This document shows, one piece after another, positions 17,235 to 26,500 of a stretch of 64,000 bases of DNA (position 1 is its first letter; the number at the start of each line of letters is the position of its first letter). Location of the stretch: positions 27,149 through 91,148 of the forward strand of contig JBMFHI010000001.1 in NCBI GenBank assembly GCA_049976905.1. The letters run 5' to 3'. Both the position numbers and the translations under genes were made by a program. Below the pieces are notes generated by a model. It was not told the DNA's origin, made no database searches, and was given only the letters and a program-made list of their open reading frames with translations. This DNA is from Syntrophobacteraceae bacterium. GTDB taxonomy: Bacteria; Desulfobacterota; Syntrophobacteria; Syntrophobacterales; Syntrophobacteraceae.

Positions 17235-18005
17235 ATGACGGCAAAGCTGCCAAAACCAAAAATTGAAGTTCGCAACCTCGATTTTTTCTACGGTGAAACC
17301 CAGGCGTTAAAAAATATCTCCCTCGATATCCCGGAATTTCACGTAACGGCTTTCATCGGCCCTTCAGGCTGCGGAAAATCCACTTTGATTCGCACCTTCA
17401 ACAAGATCTATAAAATCTATCCCCATCAAAGGGCAACCGGCCGGATCGTTGTCGACGGGGTTGACATCCTCGAAGACGATAGCGATCTAAATAGGCTTCG
17501 AGCCAGGGTCGGAATGGTTTTTCAGCAGCCCACGCCTTTCCCCATGTCGATCTATAACAACATAGCTTTTGGCGTAAAGCTCTACGAAAAACTAAGCAAA
17601 AGCGGTATGGATGAAAGAGTGGAATGGGCACTGCACAAGGCCGCGCTCTGGGATGAGGTTAAAGATGTTCTTCACCGCAGCGGCTACGGACTTTCCGGAG
17701 GCCAGCAGCAGCGCTTGTGCATTGCGCGGGCCATAGCCGTAAAACCCGAGGTCCTGCTTCTCGATGAACCGGCCTCCGCCCTGGACCCTATCTCCACTGC
17801 GCGCATAGAAAACCTCGTAACCGAACTAAAAAAAGAGTATACCATCGTTATCGTTACCCACAACATGCAGCAGGCAGCCAGAGTCTCGGACTTCACAGCC
17901 TACATGTACCTTGGAGAGTTGATCGAATTTGCCGGAACCGAACTCATCTTTACGCGCCCCGCGCGAAAGGAAACCGAGGATTACATAACCGGCAAGTTCG
18001 GCTAG
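17235..18005 (+). CDS. pstB: phosphate ABC transporter ATP-binding protein PstB
   Basis: Walker [13 protein letters not shown] signature LSGGQQQRL and Walker [12 protein letters not shown]. The ATG at 17235 has AGGTG 9 nt upstream. The ORF track starts at GTG 17223. Confidence 0.95.
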   Translation: MTAKLPKPKIEVRNLDFFYGETQALKNISLDIPEFHVTAFIGPSGCGKSTLIRTFNKIYKIYPHQRATGRIVVDGVDILEDDSDLNRLRARVGMVFQQPTPFPMSIYNNIAFGVKLYEKLSKSGMDERVEWALHKAALWDEVKDVLHRSGYGLSGGQQQRLCIARAIAVKPEVLLLDEPASALDPISTARIENLVTELKKEYTIVIVTHNMQQAARVSDFTAYMYLGELIEFAGTELIFTRPARKETEDYITGKFG

Positions 18006-18252
18006 AGCTGGGTAAAATGAGCTCCGGCCCCCTCGGCCGCCTGGAGAGTCCCAGGTCTATTTGCCCATTGGGAAAAAGGATGAGGGGGGAAGATTAATTT
18101 TTCCAGCTTTGATGGTCGCAACCTCCTTCGCGGTAGAGCAAAACGGGTTGCGCGCCCTATCCAAACGGGTATATATTTTTAAAAAACGGCATTTTCGCCT
18201 TCGATGGTTTTGCCTTGAGCAGATCGCCTGGAAGGCCCTTTAAATAATCGTT

Positions 18253-18942
18253 ATGACCCCTTGTTCCTTACAAAGGCAAACTATGCAGAGGCGTATGTTC
18301 GAAAACCTCGCGGTGGATATGCATCTCCATGAAAGGGAGGCCGCCCGGAAGGGGTTTAGCTTAGTTTGCGGGATTGATGAAGCCGGTCGCGGACCTCTGG
18401 CTGGTCCCGTCGTTGCCGCGGCGGTGATTTTGCCAAGGAATGTTTGCCTTCCCGGCATTAACGATTCCAAAAAGCTCACATCTGAACAAAGAGAAGGTTT
18501 TTTTGAAAAAATTATGACGCGGGCCACTGCCGTGGGACTAGGAGTTGTTGACAACTGCGAAATTGACCGGATAAACATTCTACAGGCAACCTTTCGGGCC
18601 ATGATCGCGGCGGTTGCGCAGTTGTCCGTCGCGCCGGATTTGCTCCTTATCGACGGTCCCTACAAACTCCCCTTGCCCCTTGCTCAAAAGGGAATTCCAC
18701 ACGGGGATGCGCTCTCCATTTCCATCGCCGCGGCTTCCATTATTGCCAAGGTCCATCGCGACAGGTTGATGTGCGGGTTCCACGAGGACTTTCCTCAATA
18801 TGGGTTTAACTCGCACAAGGGCTACGGAACGGCGCGCCACTATGAGGCCCTGCGAAAATTCGGGCCATGTCCGCTTCACAGGGTCACTTTTAGGGGTGTT
18901 TCCCGGTGTTTGGAGCCAAATGACAACGAAGAGCCGCTATGA
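18253..18942 (+). CDS. rnhB: ribonuclease HII
   Basis: GIDEAGRGPLAGPVVAAAV, NDSKKL and IIAKVHRD...HKGYGT motifs. The start is uncertain; a later Met at 18295 is possible. Confidence 0.9.
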   Translation: MTPCSLQRQTMQRRMFENLAVDMHLHEREAARKGFSLVCGIDEAGRGPLAGPVVAAAVILPRNVCLPGINDSKKLTSEQREGFFEKIMTRATAVGLGVVDNCEIDRINILQATFRAMIAAVAQLSVAPDLLLIDGPYKLPLPLAQKGIPHGDALSISIAAASIIAKVHRDRLMCGFHEDFPQYGFNSHKGYGTARHYEALRKFGPCPLHRVTFRGVSRCLEPNDNEEPL

Positions 18943-19288
18943 CAAAGGAAAAGAGGGCGAGACGGTGGCTGCCGATTATCTTTGCGAATGCGGCCTCAAA
19001 ATCCTTGATCGCAACTTCCGCTGTCCTTTGGGAGAAATCGATCTGATTGCAAAAGATGGCAGGACCATCGTATTTGTCGAAGTTAGATCCAGGAAGGCCG
19101 ATGATTTTCGCAGCCCGGAAGAATCGCTTGCCGCTCCAAAATTCAGGCGTATTACCAAAGCCGCTCTCTGGTATTTGAAACGCCAGGGGACTGCCGATTC
19201 CTTCATGCGCTTTGACGTCGTCGCCATTAGCTGGACTGGGGAAAAACCCCAAATAAGCTGGATAGTAAATGCCTTCCAACCACGATGA
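18920..19288 (+). CDS. yraN: YraN-family (UPF0102) endonuclease-like protein
   Basis: GKEGETVAADYL...ILDRNFRCPLGEIDLIA...IVFVEVRSR is the typical YraN core. The preferred start is the ATG at 18920, and the upstream part of the tracked ORF overlaps rnhB. Confidence 0.85.
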   Translation: MTTKSRYDKGKEGETVAADYLCECGLKILDRNFRCPLGEIDLIAKDGRTIVFVEVRSRKADDFRSPEESLAAPKFRRITKAALWYLKRQGTADSFMRFDVVAISWTGEKPQISWIVNAFQPR

Positions 19289-20198
19289 TTGTAATGAGCC
19301 AGGAAACGGGCAGCTGTTCCTTGTGGCAACCCCCATAGGAAACCTTGGCGACATAACGCTTAGAGCGCTTGAAACCCTTAGAAACGTAGATATAATTGCC
19401 GCCGAGGACACGCGCCGGACCCGAAAGCTTCTGTCTTACTTCGATATCCATAAACCCCTGGTCAGCTACCACGAACACAACGCGAGGGCGAGCGGGAATG
19501 AGCTGCTTGAAAAAATCGCCTCCGGCAGAAACATTGCCCTTGTAACCGATGCCGGGACCCCATGCGTATCCGACCCCGGAAAACTTCTCGTGCAAGCCGC
19601 CCTTGAGCGTGGAATCGAGCCCGTCGTCATTCCGGGACCCACGGCCCTCATTTGCGCCCTGGTCGTCTCGGGGCTTGCCTCCCAGCCTTTTGCCTTTTTG
19701 GGGTTTGCTCCCGTAAAGGGCGTGGAAAGACGCCGATTTTTCCAAGCAAACGCGGGCCTTCAAATGACGCTCATCCTTTATGAATCTCCCAAACGCCTCG
19801 TTAAAACCCTCAAGGATATTTCTCAAAACTGGGGGGACAGAAAAGCAGCGGTCGCCCGTGAGCTTACAAAAATGCACGAGGAAATCTTCCGAGGTCGAAT
19901 ATCGGAAGCGCTTTTGCATTTTGCGGGTGAAGTTAGAGGAGAGATAGTTCTTGTTGTCGAGGGGGCCAGCCATGAATTAGCCGGGTCTCAATCGTCGCCG
20001 GCCCCGGAGAACGCCGAGTTGGCTGATGCCAAATCCGCTCCCGGGGTCCGCGCCTGGAAAGAAGAGCTTGCAGCCCTGCTGGCAGCGGGCCTTTCCTCGA
20101 AGGAAGCTGTCCAGGCGATTGCGCACGGCTTCGATCTTCCCCGCAGACTTATCTACCAGGCTGCTTTGGAGATGAAGAAAAAACACCCCACTTCCTGA
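19269..20198 (+). CDS. rsmI: 16S rRNA (cytidine1402-2'-O)-methyltransferase RsmI
   Basis: LFLVATPIGNLGDITLRALETLRNVDIIAAEDTR...LVTDAGTPCVSDPG (tetrapyrrole-methylase-fold RsmI motifs). Confidence 0.9.
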   Translation: MPSNHDDCNEPGNGQLFLVATPIGNLGDITLRALETLRNVDIIAAEDTRRTRKLLSYFDIHKPLVSYHEHNARASGNELLEKIASGRNIALVTDAGTPCVSDPGKLLVQAALERGIEPVVIPGPTALICALVVSGLASQPFAFLGFAPVKGVERRRFFQANAGLQMTLILYESPKRLVKTLKDISQNWGDRKAAVARELTKMHEEIFRGRISEALLHFAGEVRGEIVLVVEGASHELAGSQSSPAPENAELADAKSAPGVRAWKEELAALLAAGLSSKEAVQAIAHGFDLPRRLIYQAALEMKKKHPTS

Positions 20199-20200
20199 AA

Positions 20201-20461
20201 TCAATGGGTGTGTTCATGCACTTCCGCCGCGTGTGCGGCATGGTCGTGATCGTGGGGTCCGTGCTCTGCAGTGTGTTCATGGTCATGGACTTCGCTGCCC
20301 TTGCCGTGGGTATGTTCATGAATATGCTCATGGAGGTGTTCGTGGGCATGGGTGTGGGTGTGCTCGTGACTGTGTTTCATTCCATTATGCGAGTGTTCAT
20401 GGGCATGAGTGTGCAAGTGTTCATGGGCGTGGAGATGCTTATGCTCGTGCTTTCCTTCCAT
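20201..20461 (-). CDS. histidine-rich small protein (34 His in 86 aa), putative metal-binding
   Basis: The start at 20461 has AAGGAG with a 6-nt spacer. The sequence is MEGKHEHKHLHAHEHLHTHAHEHSHNG...HDHDHAAHAAEVHEHTH, largely alternating H-x-H. No signal peptide. The tracked ORF (to 20566) has an unsupported N-terminal extension. Confidence 0.6.
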   Translation of the reverse strand: MEGKHEHKHLHAHEHLHTHAHEHSHNGMKHSHEHTHTHAHEHLHEHIHEHTHGKGSEVHDHEHTAEHGPHDHDHAAHAAEVHEHTH

Positions 20462-20509
20462 CTCAGGCTCCTTTAATGCAAGATTTAAAAAAATCCAATA
20501 TTTATTGTT

Positions 20510-20538
20510 AGGGTAACTCCTGCCCAAGTCTTTGTCAA
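20510..20538 (-). promoter_or_regulatory. sigma70-type promoter candidate for the His-rich gene
   Basis: The minus strand reads TTGACA (20538-20533), a 17-nt spacer, then TACCCT (20515-20510). The near-palindrome CAATAAATATTG (20507-20496) overlaps the expected transcription start. Confidence 0.4.
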
Positions 20539-20729
20539 TTCGCCCCGGGAATCGTTGCAGAGCCATTTTACCCCTATTGCGGCATAGTATTCCCCCGGTT
20601 TTTGATATTCTTTTTCCAGGGATCCAGCGCCAACGTGCGTGAAAATGTAAATTTGTTTCCCTCTGGGAATGGATTTTTTTGAAATTTTACGCTAATTTGC
20701 CAAGACAAGCATTTTTGTGTCTATTCTAA

Positions 20730-20745
20730 TGGCTAAAATCTTGCA
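20730..20745 (+). promoter_or_regulatory. weaker sigma54-like promoter candidate
   Basis: TGGCTAAAATCTTGCA has correct TGGC-N7-TTGCA spacing but non-consensus bases at positions 5-7. It lies ~260 nt upstream of the TPR gene. Confidence 0.3.
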
Positions 20746-21006
20746 TAATGCTATGGGAAAACCCCGGGACCGGTTTTGTACGGTCGGGGTACGTGTCTTT
20801 GTGGAGCGCATAGAATCATGGTATCGCTTAGGTGAAACCGAACAGGGTTTGTAAGGGTTTTTGTGACGGTGCCTGGCGTAAGGTCAAAAAAGTGGCGAGA
20901 ATCCGAAAACTTCTGGCTCTTGGTCCGGTTGAAAATTGACACTGTCTCTTCGGTGCGCCTGTTTTCGACATTCCAGGTCATAACGACAGTCTAAAGGGGG
21001 TAGGCG

Positions 21007-22050
21007 ATGGAAATGGCATTGTGGAATACCGGTTTCCCACAAGGTGCCGGTCAGGATTGGATAAGAAGAGGCGAAGAGGCGCAACGCGAAGGAAACCATT
21101 GCGCGGCGCAAGAGTATTTCGATAGAGCTATCCTGGAAGATCCTTTCAATGCAAGGGCCTATACCAAATTAAGCGTGGTCTTCTGGGCACAGGGGAAAAA
21201 AGAGGATAGTCTCAATGCCCTTCTTAAGGCTCTCGAACTTGAGCCTGGTGACAGAGAAACGGTGCTGGAATGCGCGCGTGTGTTTGCAGCTCTGGGTAAA
21301 CAAGATTTTGCAAAAGAGGTCTTGGAGGCCTACCTGGGCAGAAACCCCCAGGACGCGGAGATTCGCTCCAGACTCGATGCGGTCTCTACTGCTCCTGTAG
21401 AGGGACAAGTGCCTGATACGGCGGAGTTTTTAAATCGTCAGGGAGAAATCCAGTACGGAAGGGGAAATGTTGCCCACGCAAAGGCCTGCTTCGAGATGGC
21501 TATCGAGGAAAATCCCTTGTTGGGCGAAGCCTACAATAACCTGGGCGTTATTGAACTTGAGAGTGGAAAGACCATCGAAGCCCTCAAAAATTTTCATAAG
21601 GCCATCGAGCTAAGACCCGAAGACGGAAAGATTCTGCTTAACAGCGCCCGTGGTCTTGCAATGGCCGCCCAGGTGGATGCCGCTATTGAGGTCTACCGGG
21701 CGTATTTGCAAAGGTTTCCAAGTGACGACAAGGCATGGGAACAATTTGAAGGTCTTATCCGGCAGAGTGTGGGTTCGAGTTGGAAACCTGAGGGGTTGTC
21801 TGAGGAAATTGCCGATATTTACAGGCACGCCGCCGAGGAACTCTGGAAGGCGGGAGACATGACCGGGGCCGCGGAAGCCGTTGAAAAAGCTCTGAGGATA
21901 AAGTCCGATGCGCCGGACTCTCTTTACCTGCTTGCCTGCCTGCACTCTGCCCTGGGGCAGACGGCCGAGGCCGGCAGGGCTCTTGACAGGGCGCTTACGA
22001 TCGACCCCGCACATAGCGAATGCTCGCTCATGCGCCAAAACCTCTTCTAA
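21007..22050 (+). CDS. tetratricopeptide (TPR) repeat protein
   Basis: Repeated 34-aa TPR pattern (AQEYFDRAILEDPFNARAY, ALLKALELEPGD, ACFEMAIEENPLLGEAYNNLG, NFHKAIELRPED, and so on). Confidence 0.7.
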   Translation: MEMALWNTGFPQGAGQDWIRRGEEAQREGNHCAAQEYFDRAILEDPFNARAYTKLSVVFWAQGKKEDSLNALLKALELEPGDRETVLECARVFAALGKQDFAKEVLEAYLGRNPQDAEIRSRLDAVSTAPVEGQVPDTAEFLNRQGEIQYGRGNVAHAKACFEMAIEENPLLGEAYNNLGVIELESGKTIEALKNFHKAIELRPEDGKILLNSARGLAMAAQVDAAIEVYRAYLQRFPSDDKAWEQFEGLIRQSVGSSWKPEGLSEEIADIYRHAAEELWKAGDMTGAAEAVEKALRIKSDAPDSLYLLACLHSALGQTAEAGRALDRALTIDPAHSECSLMRQNLF

Positions 22051-22117
22051 GGCGACGAGGGGCTAAACGGTTGAATTTAGAACGCGCCAATTTTGTCAAA
22101 AAGTCGAAGGAGATTCC

Positions 22118-23479
22118 ATGACCAAATCCTCTGGTCTTTCTGTGTGCATGATCGTAAAAAACGAGGAGGCCAATATTTCCGACGCCCTGGCCTCTTTTAC
22201 CCCTTTTGCCGATGAATTGATCGTTGTCGATACAGGTTCCACGGACAACACCAGGGATATTGCCGCCGGCTTTACTCCCCTGGTCTATGATTTCGAGTGG
22301 ATAGAGGATTTTTCCGCTGCCAGGAATTTCGCCATGTCCAAGGCCACAAGGGGCTATCATCTCTGGCTTGATGCCGACGACAGGATCGATGCGGAAAATC
22401 AGAGCCTCATCCAGGCCTTGAAATCGGATTTTGACGGTAAAAAAGCCTTCTGGTTCATCTTGAAAAATCTTCAGGGCGACCATACACCCACCTCATGCAG
22501 ACAATTGAGGTGTTTTCCGCTTGCAGAAGGTATCCGATTCGAAAGGCGTGTCCACGAGCAGGCATTTGAATCTGTTATGGCCGCGGGCCTTCAGGCCGAG
22601 CTTGCAGACATTGTCATCCAGCACCTGGGGTACATGACCGATGAGGCGAGGCTTGCCAAGGCAATTCGCAACATGACCATGATGGAAAAATCAAGAGCTG
22701 AAAATGAGGAAGATGGAGGATTGCTCTTTTCCCTGGCCTTGACCTATTCGCCGCTCGGGCGAAAAGAGGATGCTGTTGAATGTATGGCTCAAGCCCTGGA
22801 GCGTTTTGAAAAAGAGAGCTACAATCATCATCTCATTCCGGAGGCTTACCTTTTTCTGGGCAAGCTCGCCTATGAAATGGGAGACTATGACCAAAGCGTT
22901 CGAAAGCTTGCGGTTGTTAAAAGCCTCGTTGCCGACAACCCCCTCCATAACTACCAGATGGGTTTACTCTATCAGCAGATGGGCAGGCATCGTCAGGCCG
23001 TGGAAGCCCTTGGAAATGTTTTGGGGAAAAAGTATATTCCCAACCTCTACCCAACCCAGCCTTTGCCAAACGAAGCGGAACTGCTTCTGCACATAGCCTA
23101 CAGCCTGTATTGCCTAGATGACCAGAAGGCTGCGCTGGAACTGATAAACTCCTCTAAGGTCGGGCCGTGTAGAAGCTGGGAGTGGATTGGCACCAGGGCT
23201 TTCACCTTCAAAAACATAGGGCTTGCCCACATAGCCTTGGAGACCGCCCTTCGCTATGGCGAAATTGAACCGGTAAGCTGGGCCCGCCTGGGCGCCATAT
23301 ACAAACTGCGAGGATATGTGGATAAGGCGCGCCAATGTTTTGACCGCGCCGGAATGCCGGATCGTTTGCAGACTGCCAATAAGCCTGAAGCTCGGGTAAG
23401 CCTGCAAACCAACTGCTGTGGCGACGGCTCAGCCCCGGATGTCCTTGGTTGCCCACCTTTTTCTCCCGTTCGCAGCTAA
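22118..23479 (+). CDS. family-2 glycosyltransferase with C-terminal TPR domain
   Basis: The N-terminus reads LSVCMIVKNEEANI...LIVVDTGSTDNT...WLDADD (GT-A fold with DxD). The C-terminal half carries TPR-like repeats (YLFLGKLAYEMGDYDQS, GLLYQQMGRHRQAVEAL). Confidence 0.75.
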   Translation: MTKSSGLSVCMIVKNEEANISDALASFTPFADELIVVDTGSTDNTRDIAAGFTPLVYDFEWIEDFSAARNFAMSKATRGYHLWLDADDRIDAENQSLIQALKSDFDGKKAFWFILKNLQGDHTPTSCRQLRCFPLAEGIRFERRVHEQAFESVMAAGLQAELADIVIQHLGYMTDEARLAKAIRNMTMMEKSRAENEEDGGLLFSLALTYSPLGRKEDAVECMAQALERFEKESYNHHLIPEAYLFLGKLAYEMGDYDQSVRKLAVVKSLVADNPLHNYQMGLLYQQMGRHRQAVEALGNVLGKKYIPNLYPTQPLPNEAELLLHIAYSLYCLDDQKAALELINSSKVGPCRSWEWIGTRAFTFKNIGLAHIALETALRYGEIEPVSWARLGAIYKLRGYVDKARQCFDRAGMPDRLQTANKPEARVSLQTNCCGDGSAPDVLGCPPFSPVRS

Positions 23480-23542
23480 AAAAAGGGGAAACGAGAAGCG
23501 AGCATCGCGGCAGGCAAAACAAAGGTTTTGACCGGCCGCGCA

Positions 23543-26500
23543 CTACCCGCTGCCGGCCTTCATCACGGTCAGCGGCTCATCTACGGATTTCCCCCCTGTT
23601 ATCTCCAGCCACCTTAAGAGACAGTGGTCAAGGATTTCCTGGGCCCGGCGAATATCTATCCTGTATTTTTCCGGAATGAACGCTACTGTTGGGGCATAAA
23701 TTCCATCGGTTTTATAAAGAAAAGGGCAGCTCTTAAGCAATTCCTCCGACAGATCGACGAGTTTGGACAGCGACCTGGCAAGTGTTATGCTGCAGTCTCT
23801 CACGGGAACATTTCCCGCCGAGCAGGAGTCGGCAAAGATCCTTAGGCCAGCAAAACCGGTTTCAGTTTCGAGGTCCTCCGGACGCAAGCCTTCTTTTCGA
23901 AGAAAAGCCAGGGGAGCTATGACCGACATTGTTATAGGCTTGGAAGAAGAGCCTGCATGTTCGGAAAGGATTTGGCGCACTACGGCCAGGAGCCGTTGTC
24001 TGCCGGGGGCAAATTCCCTGAGGACGCTTTTACCGGGCGGTTCGCCTAATCTTTTGGAAACATCTTCCAATAAATCCGGTCGGACCAAAAGGATGCAGTT
24101 GTCCTCGTCTGAGCAGAGATGGGTGCCGGGCAGTTCCTGGGCGGCGGCTCCGAAGTTGTCTATAAATACTACCCGCAGGGCTGCAGGCCTTGCAGTGTTC
24201 GTTTCGGCCAGTACCTTTTGCGCATGCTCTTCAAAGTAAGCGTGGAGGCAGTCGATTTCCTCGTCTTCTATGAAGGCGACCTTTGCAGCCTGGACGATAT
24301 CGTCCACGGCCACTACCTGAAGCATGTGGCGTGAGTAATCGAATGTCTCCTCGCCGCTTTCCCACTGCTCGAAGGTCAGGATCTGGAGTTCCTTTTTCAA
24401 AGCATCCGGTAGCCGGTCCAGCCCTTCGTTTCCGCTCAGGTTTTCCTTTGGGATGATTAGAGTTTTGCAGCCTGCGGCGTAGGCCGTCTCAAGTTTGACC
24501 GCCATACCGCCTATGCTGGTGACTCGGCCCTGAGTATCGATTTCACCCGTTACGGCGACGTCACGGCGGATTTTTCTCATGGAAAAAAGCGAGGCAAGCG
24601 CAAGGGCGATCGCTGCGCCCGCCGAAGGGCCGTCTTTTTTTGTCGAGCCTCCCATGAAGTGCAGGTGAACCGGAATAGAGACGTCGGCCGAATCTATTCC
24701 CAGCTCTCTTGACAGGTGAAGGATCGCCGTGGAGGCCACCTTGCGGCTTTCGTCCATTACCCGTTCGATGTTTCCCGTGGTATGGAGCATGCTCAAGTAG
24801 GATTGGCCCCCGTTTTGTCTGTCCAGTCCCACGCGAATCGGAGTCACCTGGATGGGGATAAGAGCGCCTACTCCCATTTCGAGGTTTACCCCAAGCGCCA
24901 TCATCTCTCCCACCCGGTCGTCTTCGTTTATGAGGCGCTGGCGGATTGGGGCGTCGAGGTATTTGCGAATCTTTGCAAGGTCAAGAGTGACGGAGTTTTT
25001 TCCCTTGACCATGATCTCCTTTCTCTGGGTCCTCAGAAATAGCGTGCGCATTATTCTTTCAAGATCGCGCACTCCGGCCTCGGAAGTATAATCGCGGATG
25101 AGACTCCTCAATATCTCGGTTTCCTCCTCCGGGTCGAAGACTATCTCGTCGCGGCCGATCATGTAGCGCTCCCGGATGCGCTCGATTAGAAATTCTCTGG
25201 CTATGGCGATCTTTTCGTCCACGCTGTAGCGGTCCAGAAAGATGACCTCACACCTGTTGGTTATGGCTTCAGGAACGGTTTCAACCGTATTGGCCGTAAG
25301 TATGAAATGGGAGTTGGACAGGTCTATATCGACGGTGCTCTGGGTATATTTGTCATGGAACAGATGATTTTGCTCCGGGTCAAGGATCTCGAGAAGGGTG
25401 GCGATTGCGAATTTTTCCGTTTTGTCGGCTTCATCCATAATGAACATACCGTTCATTACTCCCATCTTTATAAGCCCCTGAACAATCAGACCCGGTTTTG
25501 ACCCCTCGTAGGTAAACCCGTAGCCTCGGATGTCCGCCTCGTCCTTCATGCCCCCAAGGGATATCTTGTGATAGGGAATGCCAAGGTTTCGCGCAATGGA
25601 AATGGCAAGCGAGGTCTTGCCCACCCCCGGTGGGCCAACGAACAAAAGCGCGCTCCCGGTCCTGTGCCACGATTTGCTCTCGGATTCCTTGAAATGCTGA
25701 TAGCGCCAGATCAGATTGGCAAATAGATCGGAGATGATTTCCTTGGGCTTGTTCAGGCCATAATGAGAGCGGTTTAGCCCTTCGTAGAACTCTTCGGGGG
25801 AGACCCATATCTTTTTTATCCTCCCCCACGGAATCGTAAGCAAGGTTTCGATTAGTTCCGTATATTTGGCCCCGCTTTGTCCCGTTGCGTTCATCCTGTT
25901 TTTTTCTATAACTTCGATTACCGAATGCGGGACGTCCGGGTCGGCGCGCGCCTCATCGATGCGCTCCTTTAAGCTCCTGGATTGCTGAGGCGGTACCGTG
26001 CCCGGTTGCGAGGTCGTTTTCCATTGCCCGTGTCTCGTGTTGAAGGTATCTGCTGGTTGCACTGGCGCCTCCAAATGTGTCCTGAAAATTTCAAAGAGTT
26101 TGGAAATCTCCATTTCCCGGTCCAAAAGCGGGGAGACGCCAAGCTGGTCAAAAATCATCCCGAGCCCAAACCGGTTATTGAAGAGAGTAAACAGTTGCAA
26201 CGCCTGGTTGGAGTTGTTGACAACGCAGATTTCAAACAATCGCAGAATTTTCGTTAGCCCCGAGGTTTTTTTGGAAATAGATTGTCCGGGAATAAGGCTA
26301 TTTCTGTAAATCTTGCCAAGGACCCTTGATTTCATTTCCAGGTCCAGGTCCGCAAATATGTCGACCAGATAGCCCCCCGGCAGTTGGGCTGCCTCCGCGG
26401 CGTAGGCCGCGACCACCCTGCCGGTCCTGAATCCGCACGTTTGCCCCCGTTCTGCCCGGCGCAGCAATTGCCCATAGTTTTTCCCAAACGCACCCCATTG

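Noticed and set aside
20204-20476. 90-aa plus-strand Val/Met/Phe-rich ORF mirroring the His-rich gene
   Set aside because: CAC/CAT His codons read as GTG/ATG on the opposite strand, so this ORF is an automatic mirror. It has no SD, whereas the minus-strand frame has AAGGAG-N6-ATG and a sigma70-type promoter. The strand choice still deserves experimental confirmation.
20732-20744. 13-mer GCTAAAATCTTGC shared with 38190-38202
   Set aside because: Dozens of 13-mer coincidences are expected in 64 kb on two strands. The second copy also lacks the GG of a sigma54 -24 element.
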